Shown here in pieces: positions 25,726 through 39,115 of a stretch of DNA of 64,000 bases (position 1 is the stretch's first letter; each line of letters starts with the position of its first letter). Both the position numbers and the translations under genes were made by a program. Origin of the DNA: Geosiphon pyriformis uo1 (taxonomy: Eukaryota; Fungi; Glomeromycota); assembly GCA_016748015.1 (NCBI GenBank), contig JAAOMT010000352.1, positions 682,001 through 746,000 of the forward strand, read 5' to 3'. The notes below the pieces were generated by a model. The model saw only the letters and a program-made list of their open reading frames with translations. It made no database searches and was not told the origin of the DNA.

Positions 25726-25991
25726 CTTAATTTTTTTTATTAAAATTATAAAATACTTAATTAATATTTAAATTAATATATTTAATAAAGCATATATATA
25801 TTTTAATTTAATAAAATTTATATAAGTTATTAATAATATGTATTATTATTAATTGAAATTTTTATTTTATTTTATTTAACAAGTGAGATCCAAACACAAC
25901 CTAGTGCTATACATCAAAGAAATAATCTAAATTAAGTGTAAATCATGCACTTTCTACACGTGACCAGCCACTCGGGCCAATCAGAACAACA

Positions 25992-28900
25992 CTATGCAGC
26001 TATATAAATCGAAACAGGATCACTTAAACCAGAAAAAACAAACTGGATTTGTAAAAGCCAAAACAAATACCAAAACCATCAGCAATGCCAAGCAATTTGA
26101 CCATACCAGCAGAAAGCACCAAAGTCAAACCAGAGACCAAGATAAAAGCCGAGCCATCAAGTGAAATCAATCTATTCTTCTCTATGTAAGCACAATGCTT
26201 AGCACAAACTGACCAGATATCAGCTCTAAACGCAAGACTAAAAGAATGCACAAATTCAACAATCCTTAAACTGGCAACTTTGAGATCATGGAAGATGGAG
26301 ACAGCCTTGTAAAACCAGCCATCAAAAACAAAATTTTTATAAAAAGCCATAAACATTAAAGAATCAGAGACACAGGATAACAACAGCTACAATACACCTA
26401 AAGAGAAATGAGAAAGACCAGAAACTGCCTTTTAGGAGCTTATATAAGACTCCAATAAACAATGCCGAGCAGATTCATCAACCTTGCAAGAAAACACATG
26501 ATTTGACACCTTTATCTCACCACAATATAAGCACAGCACACTAAGATACAGTCTACTATAAAGACGTTTCCAAACAGCAACCAGCAGCCAGTGGTGCAAA
26601 GCTTTCATAAAATAAGTGCATGCATCAGCTGAGAGTTTGCTGGTAAAACTGGCAGCCATATGCAAATTAGAATGCCACACCAATAACGAGTGAAACCAAT
26701 CAACCTTTGAGAGCAAACAACCAGCCAAAAACTTAAAACCAAACCCAACCTCCCAGCATGCATGACAAACTGAACAATAAATATCATGGACAAAATGTCT
26801 GGAATTGCCAAAAACAATACCACCATCAGCAATCAAGAAGTATTCATCCAGGTGGAGAGAAAAATGCCAATTAGAAAGAGAAGCAGCACCAGCAATTGCA
26901 TCAGTGCATTTATTACCTGAGATGCCAAAGTAACTCTTTATCTTATGTCAGCTGATCTTCAAATTCTTATTGCAAATAGCATTGACTATATGACAACGCT
27001 TAACCCAACATTGATTATGAAAGTCAGGACATGCCAGACTCAATTTTGATTTACAAGTGTTTAAAGCAAATTGACTCTCCAAAAAAAGTAGAACAGAGCT
27101 CGATGGGGGAACACACTCTAAAGCCAGTGCAATAGCTTGCAACTCTGCCAAAGTGAACAACATCAAACCTAATACACAAACACCCAAACCTAAACTAATG
27201 TCCTCAAAATATGTGACAGCACCAGCTTTACAGCTGGCTGTGCCCAAATTACTAAGAGACTTATCCATGTATACTGACAAGCTGCTAACACTAGCCTGTG
27301 AGAGATGATTACAAACAAACACAAAATCACTAGATTCAAGAATATTCAAAGAACCAACACCATACAATAATGAGGGAAGAGCAGAAGAAAAGCCCACACT
27401 ATTGAGAAATATAATAGAAAGCTTGAACCACTCAAGAATAGAGCCATGAGGATCCAATCTTTTCCAATACTTGAAAGTATACCAATTAAATACAGCACCA
27501 TGATGATCACAAAGTTGGTCAACAAAGGCAATACCATGTTGTCAAAGAGAAGGGAAAAACCTGAAAAACTTTAACTCACCCAGAACAGCAGACATAGAAA
27601 CCCCACTGTAGAATTGGAAGGGAGTAGTCAAAGAGCTGCCCAGAGATAAGTCACAGTTAAAAAGAACATGAACCATGCCTGCCAAGAAATTATTAGAAGC
27701 ACTGATATGAATACAAACAGAAGAACTCAATGGATGAACAGAATGCCAACACAAAACTTGCAAGTCATGAGACTTATGAGAAAACAAGCAATTCACAACG
27801 CCACCAGAGTTTGCAAAACTAACAAAAGAGACAACCTTACTCTCAGACTGAACTTGAGAGAAAGACTTCAGACCATAAAAAAAAGGATGGTAAACCATAT
27901 CACTGGAAAAATCAAGTGGTAAACCAGATTTAAGTTTTAAGCCCTTGTGAATAAGAGCATCTCACTTGTTGTACACTCCAATAAGAACAAAGCTAAACTG
28001 TGTTCTATAACTAATTATAGAATAGAAAACTGCTGAAACCAAATACAAGAGCTGTTTATCTGAGACAGTCTTCTGCAGAACCAGATTGGTGAAAAAATAA
28101 ATGTCTGAATTCGTCTTAGCTAAACTAGGCTTTGAGAAACTTTTAGTTAAAAGAAAAATACCCAAATACTGATGAGGTTCACTCTTTTTGGCAATAGAAA
28201 TTGGCAAGCCACTAATAAAAAAAATGGGTTGCTGACTCTGCTATTAATAGAAATGGCCACTGTCTTGTCATTATTTATAGAAATGTTATTTATCCAAAAA
28301 AATTCACCAACAACATCAAGAATGTGTTGAGTGGCATTTTGACTACTACCGACCCAAATTGTATCATCAACGAAAGCACTAGCAGCAAAAAAAAAAGAAA
28401 GTTCAGCCCGAGATTCAGCGTGATCATTTTTGAAAATAAAATGAGAATTCAACTTATACTTACATATACTCTCTTGATGCTTGATTTCACATAACAGAGG
28501 GTTATAGAATATGTGCCACAGAAGGGGAGAAAAGACTTCATTCTGGTCCAGACTATTATGTACCTGATAACCACCTGTCAAACTGAAATCTGTCATAATG
28601 CAATTGGTGCAATCCTTATGAATACTGCCAAAAAAATGAATAAACTTGCTGCACATTTTAATTCTGACTAAACTTTTTTCAAGATGCTTTCAGCCAACCA
28701 AATCATAAGCTTTTCTTATATTTTGTAAAACCAACCAAAGCTCCCGATTTTTTTCCAAAGCATCCTCAATAACCGAACCAATCACAAAAATAGGAGACTG
28801 AGTTAATGTACTTTTCAAAACTGAAAAATTGTCCTCACAAAGAACATTAAAAGCACTGTATACCAACAAAATTCTATCCAAGAGAATTTTATGAGCTGTT

Positions 28901-30666
28901 TCAATTAAAGCAATAGGTTAAATATTCATAAGAACACTCTCCTATTTATATAGTTTGGGAATCATTGAAATCCAGGCCTCCTTTCAAGAGCCAGATACAG
29001 ATTTACCAGACAAACAGGAATTTAAAAGCATCAAAAGCATATTCAGAACTGATTTATCACAATGTTTTCAAAACTCATTTGATATACCTGAGAGACCAGC
29101 AGCTTTATCATCAGGCAGAGAAAAAACCACCCCAAACAGTTCATTAAACTTAATTGAACACATAACACCTAAAAAAGCTTCATTAAAGATGTACTCCAAA
29201 GGTTGATATTGATGACACTAATCACCAGAGACATCATCAACCATTCAATGCTTTTTAGTCCAACCTTCTATAATAACATCAACTTTAGACTTAACCAAAT
29301 TGGGTTTCAGAACAAGTTTATTATTAACAACCAGATGGTTAAGCACCACTTTATGAAACAAGTGCTCCAGTACACTTCTGATAGTATGACTCTTATTAAT
29401 CTCAAAGCTTTTCATTCTTTTATCTATAGTAGCTTTAATGGTTGCCTCCTTAGTTCTACAAGACTTAGCAAGTTTGGATGTGTGATAAGCTTTTTTAGCA
29501 CCACAATGAGCAGAACAAACCTGACCAGAGCTTGCACCAGAATCCACAATGTTTTGAACAACTGAAGCCCTAATACTGTCCAAAGAAACCCAGTACTTCA
29601 TAAGAGACTCAAAATTCACAACACTCTTTTCATGTGAAGCCTTAACAATTTTAGAAACCAACAGCTCCAATTTGTGATATTTTGAAGATTTCTTGGTAAA
29701 AACATTATCAAAGCTCTTAAATCATTTCTTCTTGAACACCTCATTAGCTGAGAAAACTATTATTTTATGAACAACATCTCACATTGCATCCAAGTCTGAG
29801 AACTTAACAGAGGCAGCAAACTTATCTGAAAACATCACAGCATTCACCAATATAGCATTTTTAAAGTTTTTCTATTTAGCTTTATCAGCACTCTTGAAAT
29901 CAAACTTTCATCAGTCCCTATTCACTTGCTTGTGAAAAGAGTTTAGCTGTGCATCCAAAAGCCTACCCAAATCCACAAACACAGACACAGCCTAATGGTT
30001 AGTATCAAAAAATTCTCCAATGTCAAACACATTGTGATCCACCATAGCATTAGCCAAATTCAAAGAAACAAACAAAAAATTAATAGTTTTAATCATGCTT
30101 TAAGAGTTAGCCCATGTGGGCATTTTGACATAAAAACTTCTACCCAAAAAATTGACCAAACCAAGATTTAGACATTTCTTAAAACTAGCACTCTTTTGAG
30201 AGTCATTTTCATTGAAGTTGCCATCCAAAACAACAAATAAAGATTTATTAACTGCCTTTACAATCATGGAATTGATATCATTAGCCTGAGAGAAATGAAC
30301 AGCCAGAGATGCCCCAGCATAAAGCCCCAAAATAAACACAGAAAGTTTATTCTTGAATAGCAATTTGACTAATAGGAGCTGACCAGACACCTCAAAAACC
30401 TTACAAACATGATGAGCTAGAGAAGTGTTCATGATAATTGCAACTCCAGCACCAAGAAATCTTTTGTCCAATCCAGATGAAAAAACCTTAATTCTACTAA
30501 ACCTATCTCTAATCTAAAGCCTATTGCTAGATCTCAACTTTGTTTTCATAATGATTAATACCAAATTTCCAGAATTCCTATGCCAATGGACAATGTCCTC
30601 CTGCTTAGTGGAGACATTAATACTGTGAACATTACACATCACAAAATTCCACACAAAACCACTCAT
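25992..30666 (-). pseudogene. LINE-1 ORF2: APE endonuclease, RT, RNase H, C-terminal CCHC
   Basis: CNVHS/DGNFN/TNH endonuclease remnants; RT motifs LQNIRKAYD, LDQNEVFSPLLW, FVDD; RNase H VYMDKSL...ELQAIALAL; CLYCGEIKVSNHVFSC. Confidence 0.9.
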
Positions 30667-32628
30667 TGAGAAATAAGAGAGGTTGACGAGCCCAAGCCAG
30701 AGCACAAACAATCCAATTTTTCCAAAACAGATTCAACTGACACCTCTAAAGCCACTATTTTGGATTCTAATCCACCTATTTTAGATATTAAAACTTTAGA
30801 ACTACTCAGACCAAGATCAGCAACTAGGTCAGTAACAATTAAAAAAAATGGAAAAGGTGACACCATTGTGATATTCAGAGCCATATTTGAGTCCAAATTA
30901 GATGTGACAGATGTGAGAACAACCGGAGGAGAGACAAAAAGTTTAGATGCCAAAGGCACCAATTCCACAAAACTCGATTTTTCATAATACCAGAAACCTG
31001 ATCTGTCAAAAGCTCTAAAGAGCATTCCAGAGAAGCCAACCAATCAACCAAATAAGAATTACCAAGAGAATTAGAATTCATTAACACAGGTTTTATGTCT
31101 GAAGATAAATTAGGTCCCAAAAAACCTGATGAAACTACACAAGAAGAAGAACCACCAGCAACCTGAACCCAAGTTTTCTCACCAAAAAAAACTGAATGAA
31201 TGATTGGCACCTGCTTCTTCCTATATATGTTGGCCAAATAAACCCAATCTTGAGAAATGACCACCTGCTTATCATAAACACCAGAGTTCTCACCAATCAA
31301 ACACACTTCAGAAACATGACCAAATTGTTTACAGTTGGCACAACAAACCAAAAATGACCAGCCCAGTGCAAATTCACACTCTTAAATACTAGAGTAGAAT
31401 CAATAACAGCCAATTTGGATGGCTCATCAGCAAAACACACAATTGCACATCTATTGTACACATAAGAGCTTGGATTACAGCCAATAAAACAAGTTTTTCC
31501 ACCATATGATTCCAACAAAACAGAAAGATCATGCACCATAGTACCAACTGGAAAAGTGTAAAGCAATGTCCGATGTAAATCCTTAAATACTCATAACTGT
31601 TTATTATCAACAGCTTTTGCCACATAAACAGAATTTTTTCCCATAAAGACAGACCATCTGGCTGTGACCAAATCAGCTATTTCAGATGATTCAAACTCCA
31701 CCAAGACTTTTTGCCACAGGCCAATCAGTTGTATCTTGATTAATACAATCTTTCCAAATTTAGAAAAAACAGATTTTATGGCTGATTTGGGAAGATCAAC
31801 CGAAATTTTCTTAACAACAATTACCCAATCTGAATGTTTGTTTATCTGTCTGACATCAATATTTACCACAATTTTTTCATAAATTGCCAAATCTCTAGCT
31901 TTTTTTAGACTTAATTTGGATGTGAAAAAGAATCTGATGATCCCAAGAAATTTTGAGGAAGTTGACACCCCCCCAAAACCATCAATTCGATAAAAGATTT
32001 TTTTTATTGCCATTAATTTATCACTATTAGTCTTTCCAGATACAGCTGACAATTCAACATCAAGCATGAAAGATTTGATTGGCCTGAAATCACGTTTATC
32101 CAAGACATGTAACCCAGCAGACAACAGCCAATTGAATCCAACAAATTTAGGCACCAAAAACACCAACTCATTATTGTCATTACTCACATTCACAAAGAAA
32201 GATACCTTTGGCAGTTGTTCCAAGACATAAGTCCTCGTTTGCGTTTTCCTAGGAGTTGTATCATTCATCATGTCATCCGTCTTAGAAGTGTTGGAGTCAA
32301 TATAGCTTGTTTCTTTAGCGACTGTGTTTTTCAAATTTTCCATGTCTGACACCCCACTCACACTGCTTTCCTTGCTTTCTATCTCACTGCTCCAAGATTT
32401 GTCATGCCTAATACCTGTATCTTGTAACATCTCAGCAAATAAAGACCCAGCTGACAAGTCTACAACAGTACCAGAAATTCCAGGTTTGTTTGGTTTCTTG
32501 AAAAAAAGACCGCAAGAGTACACACTATCAACTCACATCTTTTTTTTGGTATCTTTAACAGAACAGGACCCTGATCTAACCGACAATGAACCAGAACCAC
32601 CAGCAGATATGCCCACCAGTTCTATCAT
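30663..32628 (-). pseudogene. LINE-1 ORF1 (RRM-like region plus zinc knuckle)
   Basis: SVFSKFGKIV...VLVEFE RRM-like segment; CANCKQFGHVSEVC knuckle; ends SQ-stop overlapping the ORF2 ATG. Confidence 0.85.
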
Positions 32629-32759
32629 GACAAAAGGAAGATTGTTGGAAGAAATGACTTAAATGAACAAAAAAAAAAGGAATAAAGTAAAAAAATTTTT
32701 TCAAAAATTTTTTTTACTTTCATAGTGGCCAGGAGATTGATGAGAGAAAGATTTTTTTA

Positions 32760-33800
32760 CCTAATCAATTGAAATTTAGATTATAATTGTTGTTAACAAT
32801 AATTAAAAATTAAAAATTAAAAGATTATATTATTATTAATATTTAATAATTTTTAACTTATTTTTTACAATATTTTTATTAAACATATTTAAATTAATAT
32901 TATAAATAATTGTTAATTTTTAAACAAAAAAATTAAAGAATAAAATAATGTATAAATATAAATAATTATAAATAAAAACTTTTTTAAAAACTTTTTTTTG
33001 GTTTTTTAAAATAAATAAATAAAAATTTTTATATTAATTTTAAATATTTTTAATTTTAAATTATTTTTAATAATCTAAATATATAATAATAAATCAATTA
33101 ATTAATTTAAACTAATATTTTAAATATTTAAGTTTTAATAAATTTATTTTATAATTTAAAACCAAATAAATAAAATTTTCATATTTATAACAATATTTAT
33201 AATTTTAATATATTAATTTTGATAATTGTAATATTAAAACTTTTTTAAGTTTATAAATTACAATTATATATTTTTGTTAATAAAAAAATTGAAAACTAAA
33301 AATAAAACAAATTTAATTATAAGTAATTTTTAAAATAATAATTTTTTTAATAACAGTAAAAAAACAATTAATTTTAAACTTGGCAATTTAAATCTAATAA
33401 AAAATAATAATTTAATAAGTTTAATATTAATAATAATCTTAAAAAATTTATAAATTGCAAATTTTAGACAAAAAAACTTTATATAATTATTTTTTAAAAA
33501 AAAACAATAATAACAAATTTGAAAATTTGAAAAACACAAAACTATTGCTTTAAAAATTGAATAATTTATTGTTAATATTTAATTATATTTGCTTTAAAAG
33601 TTAATATTTTTATATTAATTAATAATTCAAACCTAATGTTGTTGTTTTTAATTAAAAATATAATATATAATTATAAAAATTATAAAAAAATGGTATTAAA
33701 TAACTAAAATTAAAAGTTTTTGCTTAATATTCTTGTTAACTAAATTACTATCTTTACAATATAAATTGATTGTATAAAATTATAATTACATATTAACTTT
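32760..33800. other. Extremely AT-rich tract, probably a fully eroded TE relic
   Basis: Almost no G/C and no CpG; same texture as the identifiable relics at 56700-60500. Confidence 0.45.
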
Positions 33801-34537
33801 AAGTGCAACTCAAATTGATCTATTATCTAAAAGTATAGTAGTACAAAACCTAGTGAAGTTAGCTTGATCAAAGGCTGTCAATTTATCGCAAGTTATTATA
33901 CAAAGCACATCATTGTTGATGATTTTCAAATTACAATAATCATGGGAAATCAAAAATCTACTTACAAAAAAGATCAAAATCGTCAAATATGATTGTCGAA
34001 AATACTATAACTTGAAAAATAAGGCAACGGACAGTCAGATTTTCGCTTTTTTTGAAAAGAGTTAAAGCCTCTTTTTTAGACGCGTCCTAATTATTCAATA
34101 AGAAAATAAATAAATAGCATTTTATGCTCGTGAGTAAACGAAATCATCTTGAACCTAAACGTCTGGAACACCAAGTGTAACAATAAAAATAGTGCCACAT
34201 TTTAGTTCAAATTTAGTGTACACAAATGTAAAAGGGAATGCACCCATGATTCTGCTGCAATATTCTAACCAAAAATCCATTTTTGAAGACCGTCATGACG
34301 AAGAATTTACAATGATGGTGTAATGTAAGAGGGATGCTTCTATCTATCATAGCCTAATAAAAATTATGGAAAATCAAAATTTTGTTTATGAAATCAAGAA
34401 CTCACAGTAAATGCAGACTTACTCGCTATCATTTCATTGCCCGTATTAATTTGATCAATTTTTTCGAAAAATTAGTAATATTTAAAAATATTCAGAAACA
34501 AAGGTTGATTTTACTGCGAAAACAGAAAATTTAGATC

Positions 34538-36589
34538 CTATACGCACGTAAAGATGAAAAGATTATTAGTGGCAGCGACCGCGATCGAGTTCTCATTTGG
34601 ATGCCATGAAGCATGGAGGATTTTCTTGTTGAAATCAATCGCTTCCACATTAATATCCTCCTTTTTATTACTTTTTCCACGCGAAAGCATCTTATTCTTT
34701 GTTGATCCCACCCGCTTAGCCTTAAATGCACTCTTATCAGCTTGAAGAGCAATATCGGTTAATCCCTCTCGATCATAGATATGGAAGTAGTTGTTATATG
34801 ACCCCGTCAGGACATTTCTGTAAGACATTTATGGTTGAATTATATGAAGAAAGCGAATAACACCAAAAGTTTGGATGGATAACTCACTGCCCATCACCGC
34901 TGAAAGTACATTCAAACTTGTCAAAGATGCAATCATTTTCATATAAATCACAGAGCTTGTTTCTCAAATGATCATGAATATTGATTGTCTTCAACGGTCG
35001 ATTTTCCATAGTGATATCCCAAATCTTAAGAGTCAAATAATCACGAGAGAGAATATATCGTCCATCTTTGCTGAATTTAACGTCAGAGATAGAAGATATG
35101 ATCTCTGAGAAGAAGGATTTGTTGGATGGATCTTCCTGCTCTTCAAAAACTGCAATTTTTCAGTGATAAAGGAATCGATTTATGGCAAAAGATTAGATTA
35201 TGAAATGGTACGAAAAGCAGACTAAACACTTACGCTTTGCATGCTGATCACAAAGAGCTGCTGCCCTCATATCGCTTAATTTTATAGTGCCCTTGCTGCT
35301 GCTATACATGAAAAGGTTACACTGAACTGGGTGAAATTCCGCCGCTGTAATTACCTCAGTTAGCTCTTCCATATTTACTGGCTTAATATCAACAATATCT
35401 AAATTTTTTGGTTTGGAGTGAAGGAATGGTTGCGAGGGAAGAAAATATCTCCAATATTTTTTTAAAAAAGCTAAGATATTCAAATTAAAAAGATACTGAA
35501 ACTTTGATCACTGATATTCAAGTTCCACAGATTTATCCTTAGGTCATCGGCAGATATATAGGTTTCGCCATCGGAATTAATGGATATAGAATTAATGTGA
35601 TACGCATGAGCATTAGCATAGACTTTCCGGGGAACAGCGGCAATTATGGTATCATGATGAGTGAGTTTCGGCAATCTCAAATTAGAAAGTTGACCGTTTT
35701 GTGGCCGCAATCCATCACTCAGATTATTCTCTGCTACAACTTTCAAAGATTTCTCAAATACTTTCCATAGCTTAATCGTTTTGTCTGAGTATTACATAAT
35801 TCGAGTTATTCAAGTAGAGTAAGAGATACGGACAAAAATTGCAGCAATTAGAAAGGGTTTTTCTACCATTTGTCGACAACAAAAAGTGAGCGGCATTCTG
35901 CCGTTTGCACCATTTGATTTTATTAATCTTTTCTTCAATTTCTAAACTCTTTAGGTAATCGAATTCAGGTTCATGAGATTGAAATTCGGTGTAGAATTTG
36001 TATTCGCAGCCTTTTTTCTGAAATTGATATATCATATCAGAATGAAACACATGTTGCAAAAAGCAATAATAAAAAATCCGAGAAACATACTCCATCATTA
36101 CGTTCAAATAATACTACTCTGCCTCCCTTATCACCAGTGGCAAGATAATCTCCCGTGTGGTCAAACTCTACCGTCGAAATGATGTCAGCTGCGTGATGAA
36201 AGAGATAGACGTATCAGACTTACGTGATCTCAGGTGCAAAGAAAAAGCGTTATGAAATGATTCACGATCTGCCAGTTAATGATTCTGGCGTGAGGTGGTG
36301 GTCTTGAGAGGAAGTCAGGAAACTAGATTTTTGATGTCAATCTAGCTTTGATCGAAAAAACCGTTGCCTATGGCATTGTACGCACTGGATTGATCTTTTT
36401 TAACAGTGTGAGAAAAGTTCCCTGGTTGTGAACTGCTCTCAGTATGACTCATCACACGAAAGCAAGCCGACTAGATCAGTGAATGTACAATTCTGAAACC
36501 AAGAAATTATTACCTTCAGTAATGTCCTCGACCTCACCCTTGTCACCAAAGCATTGAGCGAATTTCCAACCGTTTTCCGTTTCGGCCAT
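34538..36589 (-). CDS. CDC55: Protein phosphatase 2A regulatory subunit B55 (WD40), 7 exons
   Basis: [101 protein letters not shown]...AATNNLFIF; GT-AG introns. Confidence 0.97.
36444..36452. promoter_or_regulatory. Gcn4/CpcA (AP-1) consensus ATGACTCAT in CDC55 intron 1, ~540 bp upstream of TRP2
   Basis: Perfect consensus match; function untested. Confidence 0.4.
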
Positions 36590-36987
36590 TTTTTGTTGAG
36601 GGGAGGGATCGTTACAAAATAGGTTTAAAGGGGAAAAAAACAGAAAAAAACCAGCGGCTGTTTCAGGGAGCTTGCGCAACCAAGAAGTGCCGGGCGTGAT
36701 GACAGATGGATGTTTACTGACGGTGGATGTAAGTCGTCAACAAAACGGCTTGTTGTTCGGGCGTGATAGGGTTCACCGCTCTATTAGACTTTAGACCTTA
36801 ATGAGGTTACCGATGGCCTCATCGCCCAAAGTCACACGAACGGTGATGTAGCTTATGTCATGAAAAATGTGCAGAAATATATTAGTCCATGTACGGCATG
36901 ATCTGTTGGATGGTGACTTGGTAACGATTTTTCAAAGGATCTGAAAATAATTTGGGTTCAAGTCCTCATCTATTGTCTCTCTTCAAT
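36590..36987. promoter_or_regulatory. Divergent (bidirectional) promoter region of CDC55 and TRP2
   Basis: ~400 bp between head-to-head ATGs; CpG-rich; CGGGCGTGAT occurs twice. Confidence 0.6.
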
Positions 36988-38932
36988 ATGACGGTAAATT
37001 GGCCAAAGAAATTACTCCATTTCAAGACTACTTCAGCTTTCTTTTTGATTTATATTGGGTAGTTTGTAAAATCAGCTTCAGCTGAAACCTTCACTACAAG
37101 AAATTCAAGAAATTGTCGCCAACAAAAGGGGCAATACTATTCCCGTTTATGCCCAAATTCCTGCAGATTTACTGACACCTGTAAGCGCATACTTGCGCAT
37201 AGCACATGCTAGTGATTATTCCTTTTTGTTAGAATCAGTTTCGGGTGGGGAGAAGATTGGACGTTATTCTTTCCTTGGGGCTGGTATATATCGACCCTAA
37301 TATCATGGTCTGTTTTCTGTGAATCAAATATATAATTTCCATGAATATAATCTTTAGATCCATACAGAGTTCTAAAGACTGGTGATAATGAATTGATCAA
37401 AGGTGATCCTTTGATCGCTCTTGAGGAAGAGTTGAAATCTATTAGATTTGTATCAGTAGAAGGAATCCCAACCTTCACAGGTAGATTCATGATAAATTAT
37501 TTTAGTTAGAATTTAAATACTAATAATAACACTCAAATATAATAAAGGTGGTGCGATTGGATACATCTCCTACGATTGCGTCAAATATTTTGAACCTCGT
37601 ACAGCACGCGAACTTCGAGATCCACTTAACCTACCAGACTCTAGTTTTCTTTTTTGTGACACTATAGTTGTCTTTGATCATCTTTATCAAGTTTTGAATG
37701 TAGTTTCCCATTACCGAAGCGATGTAACAGATCCGAAGGACATTGAATTGGAATATAAAAAGACGATCTCAAAAATTGACGCAGTTTTAACCTTGCTTAA
37801 CTCGGAGGGAACGCCAAAAGTCCCCCAAATTGATATTCGCCTAAATCAGAAATCAGTTTCTAACGTTGGCAAGTCAGGGTATGAGGGGTTTGTGACCAAA
37901 TTGAAGGATCATATAAAGAATGGTGATATAATTCAAGCAGTCCCTTCCCAACGTTTAGCTCGACCCACATCCTTACATCCTTTTAATGTATATCGATATC
38001 TGCGCACTATTAATCCTTCGCCTTATATGTTTTATGTTGACCTCAAAGAATTTCAAATTGTTGGCGCTTCACCTGAACTCCTTGTGAAGGTTGAAGAGGA
38101 GGGTATAGTTACTACTCATCCAATCGCCGGTACTCGTAAGCGCGGTCAAACAGTTCAAGGTAGGACTCGGTGTATCTTGATTATTTTTTATTGGATTTAT
38201 TTACAGCCTCAAAATTTTTCGTCCAGATGACAACAAACTTGCTGAAGAGCTACTTAATGATCCCAAGGAACGAGCCGAACACATTATGCTTGTGGATCTT
38301 GGACGAAATGACGTCAATCGTGTTTGTCGACCAGAGACGGTCAAAGTTGACTCATTGATGCATATTGAGCGATACAGTCATGTGATGCATATTGTAAGTC
38401 AAGTTTCTGGGAAACTAAGGGAGGGCAAGACGAGGTAGGACTATCTTGGCCTATCTAATCTTGTATTATCTAATACCTAAAACTCCTTTGAAATGTTATT
38501 TTTTACCCCGGAATTCCCAAGGTTCGATGCGTTTCGATCCATTTTTCCGGCAGGTACAGTTTCTGGGGCACCTAAAGTCCGCGCCATGGAGCTTATTGCT
38601 GAATTAGAGCAAGAGAAAAGGGGGATCTACGCTGGTGCAGTAGGCCATTTCGATTACGCGGACTCGATTGACACCTGCATTGCTATTCGGACCATGCTTT
38701 TCAAAGACGGCGTCGCTTACCTTCAAGCAGGTAGTTCTTGATCTGAAGCGTCTTTTCTGTGAAATTATTAAACTGAAAATTTTGTTACTATTTATGTTTA
38801 GGCGGTGGTATAGTTCATGACAGCGTAGAAGAGGATGAATACCAAGAAACAATCAACAAATTAAAATCTAATGTCACTTGCATAGATAAAGCCGAAGAAT
38901 ATTATTACAGGCAGCAGCAAAACCATAATTAA
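36988..38932 (+). CDS. TRP2: Anthranilate synthase component I, 7 exons (first exon tentative)
   Basis: [104 protein letters not shown]. Confidence 0.96.
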
Positions 38933-39115
38933 ATTTCAATTATATTGAAATGTTTGGCACTCAGAAAATCGAAATAGTAATTAATAATCAACCTAATCTA
39001 TTGCTCAGAAACTCGAGAGATATTAAAATTATTTTGTGATTTACCATATCATTGATTATTGTCGGACTATCCTTATAAAATAACATTACTGGTGATGTGA
39101 AGTTACCTATTATTC

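Larger units (their letters stand above)
25860..32740 (-). mobile_element. Full-length LINE-1 (non-LTR retrotransposon with RNase H), decayed; ends approximate
   Basis: ORF1 + ORF2 + short 3' UTR ending in an A-rich tail; collinear with LINE-2. Confidence 0.9.

Noticed and set aside
25962-25985. tRNA A-box-like TGGCCCGAGTGG in the LINE 3' UTR
   Set aside because: No B-box or cloverleaf follows; no tRNA or SINE can be supported.
27668-32662. Plus-strand ORFs within LINE-1 (e.g. 29203-29565, 32324-32662) and minus-strand ORFs in element C (44938-45551)
   Set aside because: Antisense shadows of TE coding sequence with no independent motifs.
36988-38932. Bacterial trpE acquired horizontally
   Set aside because: Six spliceosomal introns and fungal-type motifs indicate the native TRP2.
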